Assembly: GCA_965219415.1 (NCBI GenBank)
Contig: CBDCNP010000002.1
Span: forward strand, 256,001-320,000
Source: Candidatus Marinacidobacterales bacterium
GTDB taxonomy: Bacteria; Acidobacteriota; Vicinamibacteria; Marinacidobacterales; DATDRI01
Reading direction: 5' to 3'
Length of the DNA stretch: 64,000 bases
Shown here: positions 31,645-41,990 of the stretch, piece after piece
Position numbering within the stretch: the first letter of the stretch is position 1
Layout: each line of letters begins with the position of its first letter
Notes under the pieces: generated by a model
The model's database searches: none
The model's input: only the letters and a program-made list of their open reading frames with translations
What the model was told of the DNA's origin: nothing
Translations under genes and position numbers: made by a program

Positions 31645-32841
31645 TTATTCGGCAAGGTGGAAGACGATTCCCAGTCCATAACGTTTGCCCCGCTTCACCA
31701 GTCGCATCCCATGGCGAAGCCCGATCTTTCGTCGCTTGCCGGCTTCGGTTGCGAAGCGCTCCCGGGTAGCAAAGATGACCAAATCCCCTCGCGTGACCGC
31801 CATCTCCCGAACTTCACCGTTCGGCATTTCGTCCAGCAGAACGAACTCTCCGCCATCGAAATCTCTACCCCGCTGGCTGAGCACAACCAACACTTGGTAC
31901 GGGAAGAAAACCTTTCCGTAGATGTCTCGATGGGGATGGTTCAAGCCTCCGCTGCCGTAACAAAGAATGATCGAGGAGCTACGTTCTTGACCCGCCCGGC
32001 GACACCGGCGCCAGAAAGCGTGCAGCGTTGGCGGGTAGGGTTCTCTAGCGCCGATGCCCGCGTTGTTCGCAAACGGTCGCAGCCGTTCGTACAGTGCCGA
32101 TCGGAGGGCCGCCGCCGGTTCCGAGAGTGGCTCCCGAAAATAGTAATAAGTACCGACTCCGTAGCCCTTAGGAGCCATGTCCACACGACGCTCGAACCGC
32201 TTCTCATCCGCGGCCGCCTCGAGAATCGTGCTGCAGTCCGACGAAGACAACAGCGCCTCGATATGAACATAGCCGAAAGACATCAAAGAATCGCCCACTG
32301 CAACCCAATCGAGCCGCGCCATGCGGCGCAGCAGGCGTTGGGCCGCCACCCCTGCGTCGGGTGAGCTGGACCCCGTGCCAAAAGGAAGTGGCTCGGGAAC
32401 CGCACTCGCCCCGTCTAGATGGACGAATCCACGCGCTTGCGCGACCACTTCGCTCGGGAAGCCTTCCGCCCGCTCCGGTGACAGCGTTGCGAGCCTTCGG
32501 TCGGAAGCCGATGCGAACCTACGACCCGTGTAGTTTCCAACCCAGGATCGCCCGACCCTTCGTGCCCAGTCGGCGATGCTCTCCCCTTTCCGAGGCCGCG
32601 CTCCTTCTCGACGCAATTGTCGAAGCTGCATGACGGCGCGGGCGGTGTCCTTGGTCAGCGTGCCATTCGAGGCCACGACCCGGTGCCACGGAACGAGTGA
32701 GCGGAGTCCGCATTGCCCCATCGCTCGCCCCGCGGCACGAGCGGCCCCGGGGCGCCCGGCCATGGCCGCTAGCTCCATAAACGAGCGTGTCTCGCCCTTA
32801 GGGATCTGCTTAGCCGCTTCCAGGTAAGGATTGAACCGCAT
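31645..32841 (-). CDS. Fusion of an alkyltransferase-like (ATL) domain, a Cys-less Ada-like domain and a 2OG-Fe(II) oxygenase (DUF2086/Oxygenase-NA type)
   Basis: IPKGETRSF.ELA..AGRPGAARAAG...PWHRVV; WVGNYTGRRF...F.SE..AQARGF; LDW, G.G.Y.YF, HRDIYG..FFP.Q, DFDGGEFVL, RHG, RYGLGIVFH. Confidence 0.8.
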   Translation of the reverse strand: MRFNPYLEAAKQIPKGETRSFMELAAMAGRPGAARAAGRAMGQCGLRSLVPWHRVVASNGTLTKDTARAVMQLRQLRREGARPRKGESIADWARRVGRSWVGNYTGRRFASASDRRLATLSPERAEGFPSEVVAQARGFVHLDGASAVPEPLPFGTGSSSPDAGVAAQRLLRRMARLDWVAVGDSLMSFGYVHIEALLSSSDCSTILEAAADEKRFERRVDMAPKGYGVGTYYYFREPLSEPAAALRSALYERLRPFANNAGIGAREPYPPTLHAFWRRCRRAGQERSSSIILCYGSGGLNHPHRDIYGKVFFPYQVLVVLSQRGRDFDGGEFVLLDEMPNGEVREMAVTRGDLVIFATRERFATEAGKRRKIGLRHGMRLVKRGKRYGLGIVFHLAE

Positions 32842-32969
32842 TTCCGACTCGACCGCGTCCAATACCGCCGACTCTCGGGCAACGCCGCAGAAGAACCGGT
32901 GGTATTCAACGCAGCTCGCGAAAAAGAAACAGCAAGCAAGGGACCGGAAGTATTTGTCGCGAGCTGTAT

Positions 32970-34196
32970 TTACTCCGGCCTCTCCCCTAGCACGACGTCC
33001 ACAGTCATCGACTGACCGTCGCGCAACACCGTCAGCGTCACGGTCTCACCCACGCGAGTCTCGGTCTCGAGATAAACGTTGACGCCACGGTAGTCCTTGA
33101 CCGGCTCTCCGTTGATGGCGGCGATGACGTCACCGCCGATGGGCACCCTCACGTTTCCCAATCTCACCACCTGACGCCCACCCCGTAGCCCCGCCCCGGC
33201 GGCCGGCCCCCGTCGAATCACTTCCGCGATCAACACTCCCCCGTCGGGTGGAATCATGGCGCCGACTCGATTCAGCACCTCGGCATGTGCGGGGCCAAGG
33301 TCCATCAAAGTGATGCCGAGCCAGGGGTGCGGGTAGCGGCCGCGGGCGATGAGCTCTGGTACGACGCGCGTTACGGTCGTCGTTGGAATGGCAAAGCCGA
33401 TTCCGGCGGAAGCACGGCTCGGGCTATAGATCATGCTGTTCACACCAACCACGTTCCCCGCCAGGTCCAAAAGGGGCCCCCCGGAGTTGCCAGGATTGAT
33501 CGCTGCATCGGTCTGAATGATCTCGCCTATGAAACTATAGCGCCTACCTGGGCTTTGGATGATCCTCCCCAGCGAGCTGACGACACCCGTCGTCAGAGTG
33601 CGATCGAGACCGAAAGGGTTGCCGATGGCCACGACGAAACGACCGACCCGAAGCTCATCCGAATCACCAAGACGAAGGACGTGCAAGCGTTCGGGAGTGA
33701 CATCAACCTTGACCACGGCGAGATCATTAGAAGGGTCGGCGCCCCCTATTTGCGCGCGGACGACGGAACCATCCGGAAAGGTGACATAGAGCTCGTCGGC
33801 CCGTTCCACGACGTGATAGTTCGTGACGATATGTCCGGTCTGGTCCCATACGAAACCCGAACCCGAGCCTTCTTGGGGAATGGCGTTCCGAAAGAAGTCG
33901 TAGGAGATCGATCGACTAGTAATGTTAACGACTCCGGGGCTCGCCTTCTCATAAACCGCGATGACCTTGACCTCGAGGTCATGGAGCGTGCCAGCAGCGA
34001 CACTTGGATTTGGATCCGCCTGTTCGCTGGCAGGCACTACCCCCGCCGACGCAGTTTGGACTGCGGGCTCAACGGTACTTGCAAGGGCATCGTCCTCACC
34101 GGGGGTGCTTGCGGGCTCTTGCCACTGGCAGGCAAAGGCACCTGCCCAGGATAGCAAGAGAATGCCGGCGCCCGACCGCACCCGTGAAACTCTCAT
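32970..34196 (-). CDS. HtrA/DegP-like serine protease with PDZ domain, probable lipoprotein
   Basis: GSGSGF, TNYHVV, DLAVVK, GNPFGL, IQTDAAINPGNSGGPL; AFAC lipobox-like motif. Confidence 0.93.
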   Translation of the reverse strand: MRVSRVRSGAGILLLSWAGAFACQWQEPASTPGEDDALASTVEPAVQTASAGVVPASEQADPNPSVAAGTLHDLEVKVIAVYEKASPGVVNITSRSISYDFFRNAIPQEGSGSGFVWDQTGHIVTNYHVVERADELYVTFPDGSVVRAQIGGADPSNDLAVVKVDVTPERLHVLRLGDSDELRVGRFVVAIGNPFGLDRTLTTGVVSSLGRIIQSPGRRYSFIGEIIQTDAAINPGNSGGPLLDLAGNVVGVNSMIYSPSRASAGIGFAIPTTTVTRVVPELIARGRYPHPWLGITLMDLGPAHAEVLNRVGAMIPPDGGVLIAEVIRRGPAAGAGLRGGRQVVRLGNVRVPIGGDVIAAINGEPVKDYRGVNVYLETETRVGETVTLTVLRDGQSMTVDVVLGERPE

Positions 34197-34276
34197 TGAT
34201 TCCAATGGCTCATCTCAGCAGCTAGTTCAGCACGCGTAGGGTAGCACAGGGGGATCTGGGTGAGAAACCCTCAGTA

Positions 34277-34308
34277 CCCTCGCCCTACCCTCTCCCAGAG
34301 GGAGAGGG
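34277..34308. repeat. Minimal CCCTC.CCC...CTCTCCC/GGGAGAGGG hairpin repeat
   Basis: ccctcgccctaccctctcccagagggagaggg has the same scaffold as the copies at 22566 and 52068. Confidence 0.6.
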
Positions 34309-34416
34309 AATAGATGCTCGCCTCCGGCTCGCACGACCAAAAGCGATTTGAACGAACGCGTTCACTCCGTTACATTCGGCCCAACCTGAGGAAGCGAAAG
34401 GAGCTAGTCCAGAAAA

Positions 34417-35394
34417 ATGAGAGCATTAATCGTCGTACTATCGATACTCGTTGCGTCGATCGAAGCGGCCGGCCAAGAGCGACCTGAAACCGCCCAGTAC
34501 CGTGGGCCTGCCGGTGATGCCGAACATCTGAGTTTCGTTCACGTAAACGGGGTTCGCTTGGCCTACCGTATGGAAGGCGCCGGTTTTCCGGTCATCTTCG
34601 TCCACGGAGAAGGTTACTCACACGAGCTCTGGACGGAGCAAATCGAGGCTTTCGGGCGAAAGCACCTCTTCCTCAGCTACGACCGCCGCGGGCACGGACA
34701 GTCCGAAGACCCGATTACCGGGTACTCCGAAATCGCCCATGCCGAAGATTTGAAGGCTCTGATGGCGCATTTCGGAATGAGAGAAGCACATTTCGTGGTG
34801 AACTCCAGGGGAGGCGCCGTCATCACGCAGTTCTTGCGCATCTACCCGGCAAGAGTCCGCAGCATCACTTTTGCGGACGCCACCATCGCGCTGGCTGAGA
34901 TCTCCGAGGCATTCAAGCCTGCGGTGGAGCGCCTCAAGGGCCCGCCACCCTCGCTAGAGGAGGCCGTGCGCGGTCGTGAAGGAGCCAAGAAGTCGTCCTT
35001 CACCAAGGTGGCTCAATCCAAGGACGAAACCCGAGCCGTCCTCGAGCGGATGGTCGATCAATACAGCCCGCGCGTTGCCATGAATCCACAGAGATCCGAC
35101 CAAACCTCCCCGACACACATCGGCCCTTGGAACCGTCGCGACTTTCCGGATATGTCGAAAATCTATCAACCGATGCTATTGGTCGTGGGCGAGCTCACCG
35201 ATATTTTCTTCATCGAAGGGGCCCAAGAAGCCCACCGTCTCTGGCCCAATACCCGTTACCACATGATTCCGGGAACGGACCACCTTCTGGCGCTCGAGGC
35301 CCCGGACGTATTCAATTCATTGGTACTCGACTTCCTCGCCGAGGTGGACGCACAGGTCGCGACCCGTGACGAGTGGGTGGGACAGGTTCCCTAG
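34417..35394 (+). CDS. Exported alpha/beta hydrolase
   Basis: Signal peptide, VIFVHG, YDRRGHGQS, nucleophile elbow VNSRGG, LVVGELTD, DHLL..E.P..FN. Confidence 0.85.
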   Translation: MRALIVVLSILVASIEAAGQERPETAQYRGPAGDAEHLSFVHVNGVRLAYRMEGAGFPVIFVHGEGYSHELWTEQIEAFGRKHLFLSYDRRGHGQSEDPITGYSEIAHAEDLKALMAHFGMREAHFVVNSRGGAVITQFLRIYPARVRSITFADATIALAEISEAFKPAVERLKGPPPSLEEAVRGREGAKKSSFTKVAQSKDETRAVLERMVDQYSPRVAMNPQRSDQTSPTHIGPWNRRDFPDMSKIYQPMLLVVGELTDIFFIEGAQEAHRLWPNTRYHMIPGTDHLLALEAPDVFNSLVLDFLAEVDAQVATRDEWVGQVP

Positions 35395-35528
35395 TCGAAT
35401 TTCATCGAAACGGTTTCTACCCCGCCCGATGCGGTGAGTCGCCCGCGCTACAATAGGAGAGAGGGGCCGGGGAGGCGGCGACGCAGGCTAGTAGTCTTCG
35501 CCAGAGCCTAACACCAGCTCGAGCCAGC

Positions 35529-36643
35529 ATGAACCGCCGGGAATTCCTGAAGCTTGGAACAGCCTTGGCCCTGACACCGGCCATCGTTCCTGCCAACGCG
35601 CTGGGATCGTCCCGCCTGGTACTGCCAGCTCTTCCACGGGTGAACGGTGGATCAATGTCCAACCGCTAAGGCGTATGGGCCAAACGCCGGTGACTCCCGA
35701 TGTCGACGTTCCCCTCATCCAGCCCGAGCTGGTCGATCTTCAAATGCAAACGGTTTACGAGTTGGGGTTCGAGTGGCTTCGGATCACCATCTCTTTCGAT
35801 CGGTTCGGTCCGGACTTCGTGGCGGCCATACCCTACGTGCGCGCGGCGCGTGCCTTAGGCGTGAACGTCTTAGGAATCCTTGGCCAATTCGAGGGACTCG
35901 ACTTACTTCGCCAGCTGTCTCGCTCTAGCAGGCGCGAAGAAGTGCTCCGGACCTATCTCACGATCTTCAACGATTTCGTTCCACCCGCCACGAACGCCGT
36001 AGAGAGCCCAGGGCTCTTTGCACTGCAAGTCTTGAATGAGCCCACCAACTTTTCTGGCATCTCACCCCGAACCTATGTTCGCGAGTTTCTCGCGCCCGTC
36101 TACGAGGAACTGAAGAACCAAGATCCTCAACTGACGGTCGCCGCCGCGGTGGGTAACGCCGATGGAATTCTGCGCACTCACTCCATGCTAGAAGTTGGCG
36201 TCGAGAACCATTGCGATCGCCTCGCGTACCATGTCTATGATCCGCGTTGGATCCCACAATTGGCGGACAGGGCCGCCCGGCCGATATGGGTGACGGAGTC
36301 GGGTGTTGCCGGACCAGAGCGGCATCTGAGCTGGATAACCCAAACTTTCGACGATATTCGGAGCGGCATCGACGGCGTCGAGGAAATTTTCTATTTCGAT
36401 CTCTTCGACGCCGAGCCCAACCGCTTTCGACTCATCAATATCGAGCGCGGCCCGGACGGGGAATTTCGTGAGATTGTAGAATCGCCGGCCGCCGTCTCGC
36501 ACCTCGTGTCGCAAGTCGCGGAAGCGGCGAACAACCAACCGCGCGCCGCCTACCGCGATCTCATCCACGACATTACGCGCTACTTCCCTACCGAAGAAGA
36601 CCTCGCGGTGATCGCGGAAACATCGTTTGGGCAAGAGCCTTGA
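35529..36643 (+). CDS. Tat-exported clan GH-A-like glycoside hydrolase (frameshift near 35650)
   Basis: MNRREFLKLG twin-arginine signal at 35529, out of frame with ORF 35675; LGFEWLRI, VLNEP (acid/base), AYHVY, IWVTESG (nucleophile). Confidence 0.65.
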
Positions 36644-38030
36644 CGATCTTGACGGCCGCCGCGCTGGGAATGCTCCTGGCCGCGGACTCGGATCCCGAGT
36701 ACCCGCTGGGAAGCCTTCGCTTTCCGTCGCTGACCAAGCCGGCGGAGCCTGTTAAGCTGACCGAGTTCAGCTACGCGTTCTCGGAGAACGGAGCCACAGT
36801 ACAACGATTCGAAGCACGGATACGGTTGAAGGCTTTCGCCTTCCTCTCCGGTGAGGTCTTCAATCAGCGACGCGGGATCGCCTTCACGACTCAACGCATC
36901 GACCTCGGGCTGACCGAGGCGAGAGGTCGCTACGTCATCGAAGGCGGATACCGAGCCGCCAAGTGGTTGGTCCGAGCGCGAGCGGAGCGCCGGCCGACCC
37001 CCGCTTCCTCCAGCGACCCCGGATGGATCCTAGATACCCGAGGGGCGCTCCGTTTCAATCCCGACTTCGAGCTTTTGTTGGAGTTCCTTGAAGACACTGG
37101 CTCGGAACCTTTTCTGGAAACGAGGCCGCTACGACGAGGTGCGTTGGGTTTCTTGTACCAACGTGGCACCGGAGTGGACATTTCCGCAAACGTTTCGGCG
37201 TCCCGGGTTCGCACCGAAGCGGGTATCGAGACCGATCGTCAAGGTGTGAATCTTGGCGCCATCGTATACCACGATCATATGCAGGTAGACTCCGCATTCG
37301 CATATTCGCGCTCCACCGGACGGCTCGCCGCCTCGGAAGGGTTCGCCTCGGTCGCCTTGTCGGGCGAGCTTGGACCGTACTTCGTAGGGCGCGCTTCCAC
37401 CGCCCAACGCTGGCAACCTGGCATCAAAAGGTTCGAGAACGATACCCGGTTGGGCATCACCTTCTTCGGACGCCGGCACCGTTTCTTTCACGGTGGCAAA
37501 GTCGGTCCGCAAGTGCTGGCGTTGACCCGGAGAGCCTTTGAGTTGGGCTACAACGAGAGGCGGGTCTATAGCATCGATGGCCTCTCCTCCGACTCCGGGA
37601 AAGGCTCGCGCTATCGGCGATGCGAGAGGAGCTGGCGAACGATCTGGATGATCTCTACCGAGCGGAGGTCGCCGATCGCAACGTTCCCCAAGCGCGATTC
37701 GAGATCGCTCGGCGAACCAACGAAATCGATGGCGTGCGTTCCTGGATCTACCGGGTATTCGTCGGCGTCCCTTGGCGAGTCAATTGGCCTTTTGTCCGGA
37801 GCGAAGAATCCGTCAACTTCGTTGGTGTGGAATACACGCAAGAAGAGTTCGCGTTCCTGCCGGACCTTCAATCGGTGGCCCACGAGATCCAGGCCGTCGT
37901 CGCGCTGAACCGAGAGATGGACGCAAGCTTTCGCTGGACGTTACCGGCTCGAAGTCCGACCGAGATCGTCTTGTTCATTCCGCGCCGAAGTCGCTTCGAG
38001 TTGGAGTTCGCCTACGCCTTCGGGCGCTAA
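36640..38030 (+). CDS. Probable outer-membrane beta-barrel protein (frameshift near 37585)
   Basis: Signal-like start, alternating beta-strand pattern, C-terminal FELEFAYAFGR. The start overlaps the stop of the GH-like gene. Confidence 0.5.
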
Positions 38031-38907
38031 CCGCCATGTGCTTTTTCGATTGCCTTCCGGATGCCTCCACCGTCTGGTTCGCTCTCATCTCGATGATCTC
38101 TTTCCCGATGCGGATCGTTTTCTCGGGCGGGCTCATATCCACGCCGTTAATGACGAAGAGCCCCTTGTCTAGGCGTTGCTCCATGCGTACGAGCTCTGGG
38201 TCGACCGCCATCAAGATAGAGCTGATCCCGTACTCGTCGTGGATCCCCTCGAACTCTTGCTCGATCCCCTGATCCTCCACGAACTTCAGGACGCCGGGAT
38301 AGTCGTAGTACTCTGGAATGTAGTGAACTCGGGGCTCACCCTCCCACTCCGCGTTTAGCTTTGCCGCGACCGCTTTCATGCCTTCCTGATTTCCACCGCT
38401 ATCACCGATCAATACGATGTTTCGGAAGCCGTGCGGCTTGAAGCTGGAGCACACGTCGATCAACACGTTTCGGAAAGTCTCTTCCCGTAGGCTGACAGTT
38501 CCCGGGTAGCGCATCGACCGGCTGGGTGGATCGTGATCTCCTTCCGGGACGAGCTTGATGATCGGGGCGACCAGGGCGTTTCCCAGCTTGCGCGCAATGA
38601 CCTCGGTGACGGCCCCTAGAATGTAGTTGTGCTTTCCGGTTACGACCCACGGTCCATTCTGCTCGACGCCTCCCGTTGCCACGATAACCGTGGTTTTGCC
38701 TCCCCGGATCGCATCCCGCACTTCGAGCCAGGTCATCTCCTCGATGAAAACGGTATCGAGAGCGTCGATCGGCCTTGGCTTGTCGGGGTCGGGAGGAACG
38801 ACACGCTGCGCGTTCACGCGCAGCGGACCCACGAAAATTAGCACGACTCCTAGCACCAGAACTGCCCGGATGAAGAAACTCATTTCGGCCTCCTTTCGGA
38901 GAGCCAT
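38027..38907 (-). CDS. Creatininase-family amidohydrolase with signal peptide (3' frameshift)
   Basis: EEMTWLEV, GGVEQNGP...GKHN, YPGTVSL, GDSGGNQ, GIHDE. Confidence 0.88.
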
Positions 38908-38987
38908 ACTAAACCCAAGTGCCCGGGGGTGATACGATCAACAGGGGAGCTAGCGGAGAACTAGTCCCGCTCCATGCTGGAGCGGGA

Positions 38988-39711
38988 TTAGGCGGAGAGA
39001 CGGTCGGCGGCCGACAAGACCAGTCCGCCCTGTTCTTCCAGCATCACGATGCCGCTCATCAGGAATCCGAGCAGGGCCCGCGCCGTGGTTTCCTCAGCGA
39101 GAGGACTTAGGTTGAAGACGGATCGGATCGGCTCCTGCCCGTCCAATCGTGACAGTATGAGGGGCTTCCTCCGACGAGAGCTTGAAATCACCCAACTCGC
39201 TCGACGCTTGGGTGTTCAACACACATCTCCGATCGTCCGACAACATCTCGTCGACGTGCCGCCCGATATCGGGGGTAAGCCGGGCGGCCTCCACGATGAC
39301 CTCGGCCACCGTTATCGGCGTCTCGGTGACCGCCGGTACGTCTTGCAAATTCTTGAAACTTACCCGCTGCGGCGGTTTCACCAGGACGCCACGTGCCAGC
39401 TCTTGCACTTGAAGGCGAACGAACTCGGCAATTTCTTGGTGTTGGATGACTCCGAGATCCGCGAGGGCTTCACCGAGTCGTTTCCCGTGCCGCACGAATA
39501 CGGATGCGTCTTTCAGGTGCTCCTCGGTGATCCTTCCCTGCCGCACCAAGACTTCTCCGAGGCGGTCGTTATTGCTGTCCGACTTCGCGGATACGATGCG
39601 GCCGCATCTGAACAAGACGGCGCGTTGAGCCTGGTCCGTGTTGTAGTCGAACGAACCGGTTCGGCTCTCGGTGGCGATCTTTTTGTAGGCTGCGACTATT
39701 TTTCGATTCAA
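38988..39711 (-). CDS. Stand-alone DUF4388-like protein (frameshift near 39165)
   Basis: RTG, F..GRIV.A.S....RLGEVLVRQGRIT, GKRLGE.L, ILSRLDG. Confidence 0.7.
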
Positions 39712-39937
39712 GATCGTCCCTGTTCAGAGGTGATGTCGAACACCTGCGCGGTTCTGCAAGTCCGTTGCGCCTCTTCTATTTTGGGACAAAGATCGCATTT
39801 ACGTAGTGATCTGGGATACGTCTTTTTTGGCACCGGTGAGGGTGTTTCCCCATCATCGCCGTCTGGCTCCGTTGAGATTGGCACCGAGCTGTTTTGACGG
39901 CCGCCGCGCCGACCGGGCGACCCCTAGAGGAGGTCCC

Positions 39938-40075
39938 TCACTTGGCCTCCATCAGTTTCTCGAGGCCTTCGGTCGACCGGGGAAGCAGCTCCGTCAACAC
40001 CTCGGCACCATCCTTGGTAACCAGCACGACATCTTCGATGAAGACCGCGATCTTTTTGTCGTGGTTGTAAAGGAA
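39938..40075 (-). pseudogene. C-terminal 45 codons of an M24 (aminopeptidase P/prolidase) peptidase
   Basis: Manual translation gives FLYNHDKKIAVFIEDVVLVTKDGAEVLTELLPRSTEGLEKLMEAK*; IEDxVLVTxDGxEVLT is the typical M24 end. There is no start. Confidence 0.75.
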
Positions 40076-40606
40076 ACTTATTGACGTAGAAGTTCGTGTC
40101 GGTGATCCAAATCCTCACATACCGACCAGAGACCACCGGGTCGGCATCGAAGTCGTACCACGTGCCCGCCTGGGGCAACGAAGTTCGCTTCGGTATGTAC
40201 GGTCGTGAAGTTAGCATCGGGCTGGTTACCGACTTGGATCTCGAAGCCCTTGGGAAAAAGCAACGGATTTTCGCTGGGCGACGCCAACAGTCGCACCCGC
40301 CCGACTTCGAGCTCAGACCCGAGGTCGATGGTGACAAACTCGGTAGTGACGCTGGCCTTGGAAGTACTTTGCCACTTGGTAGCGGAATCACCGTCGACGA
40401 TGTTCGCCTTGTCGCCTCCGTTACTCGTCCACTCGCTCGAGGCGGCAATCGCGGTAAGTCCAGATACGTTGGTCAACCCCGACGGAAGCTGCGCGGTGAG
40501 CGTCGTAGGGGGCGCCGGCTGCGTGTCGACCTCGAGGACCATCGGCAGGGAAAAGGCACCGGGGATTGCCGCGGCGTCCCGCGCCTGGACTCTCCATTGA
40601 TAGATA

Positions 40607-41990
40607 GGGTCTACGCGGATTCGTGTGGGTTGAAAACTGCATTTCTGGGTAATGGCGGAAGGAAAGCCGCCACGATCTTCAGCTTGAGATATTCCTCGTC
40701 GCGATAGCCGTAGGCGCGTCGTTGCAGAACACGGATTTTGTTGTTGACCCCTTCAACTAGGCCGAGACTGACTTTGTTCTCCGGATGACAGTAGGAGGCG
40801 ATACCATCCCAATGGGACTCAATCATACCGGCGAACTTCTGGTACGGATGCAGGCGTTGCCATTTGAGGCTGTCTTTCCAACGGGTGAAAAAGGCGCGAG
40901 CGCCGCGTTCGGTGCGGTAATCCCAGAGTTGCCCGAAGGCCTCCTTCAAAATATAGGCGGTGTTCAGGCGCCGGTTGGCCTGGAGCAACTTTTTGAGTGC
41001 GCGGCGACCGTCTAGGCTCAGGTTCTCCCGCCGGGAAAGCAAAGTGTAACGCTGCCCCTTGATGTACGACCGGTCCTTGCCGCTGAGGCGTTTGTACTCA
41101 CCGCGCCGGACCTCATCGAGGGCCTTTGACAGATGACGCATGATATGAAACTTGTCGAAGATGATCCGCGCATTAGGCGCGTTGTGAATCACCGAGTTCC
41201 GGAAGGGCTTCCACATATCCATGGCGGCCAGCTTGATACGGGCGCTTTTCTTTCCGCCCAGCGCCTTGAAGAACAAATCGATGTCGGTTTCTTTACGACC
41301 CTCACCGCCCACCCAGATGGGACGCGCCCGCTCCAGGTCGCTGACAATGACGCGATAGTTATGTCCCTTGCGGATGGAGATCTCATCGACACCGATGGCC
41401 CGAGGCGCCGGTAGCCCCGCCCGGTCGACCTGCTCTTGCATGTAGAGCGTATCCAGAGCCTTCACCGTACCGTGGTGCAGACGTTCCATCTCGGCCACCG
41501 CCTTGTTCGGCATATCCCGGCACAGCTTGCCTACATGCGTCGCAAAACGCTGGGTGTAGCGCGAGTTGTTCGCCAGCCAGTCTAGGTGTTCTACATGCAC
41601 ACCGCCGCACCCAGAACAGTTGACGCGCCGACGCTCGTATTCCAGATAGATCCGCCAGCCTGCCAACGACAGGTCGCGGACCCGGCACACTTGCTTGTCA
41701 TAGCGCCCCCGGCACCGTTGCCCACAGTAAGAGCACACAGCTGTTTTTTTCGCCTCTTGAGCTGGATGACGCGGGCGTATCGGTCACCGAATAGACCCTT
41801 CAATCCGGCACCAACCACGAAACCTGGCAGCGCAAACAGCGAGCGGATCGACTGGGAATTTTTCACTCGGTTAGCTTATCCTAAAAATGGACCACTTTTC
41901 AGCACCTGATGAAGTACTCGATACCTTTTCCACACAATGAGTTACACTGTTTTTCCGTCAGAACTTACCCACACGAATCCGCGTAAACTC
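40607..41990 (-). mobile_element. ISL3-family IS, copy 3 (inverted)
   Basis: Same IRs with one mismatch; 8-bp TSD gatagata at 40599-40606 and 41991-41998. Confidence 0.95.
40611..41866 (-). CDS. ISL3 transposase, apparently intact (short leader ORF plus -1 frame main ORF)
   Basis: ORF 41591-41866 and ORF 40611-41738 overlap just after CGA AAA AAA (41744-41750); zinc finger CSYC...CSGC. Confidence 0.9.

Noticed and set aside
8647-41990. Composite transposon or inversion formed by the ISL3 copies
   Set aside because: Each copy is flanked by its own matching TSD and no flanks are swapped.
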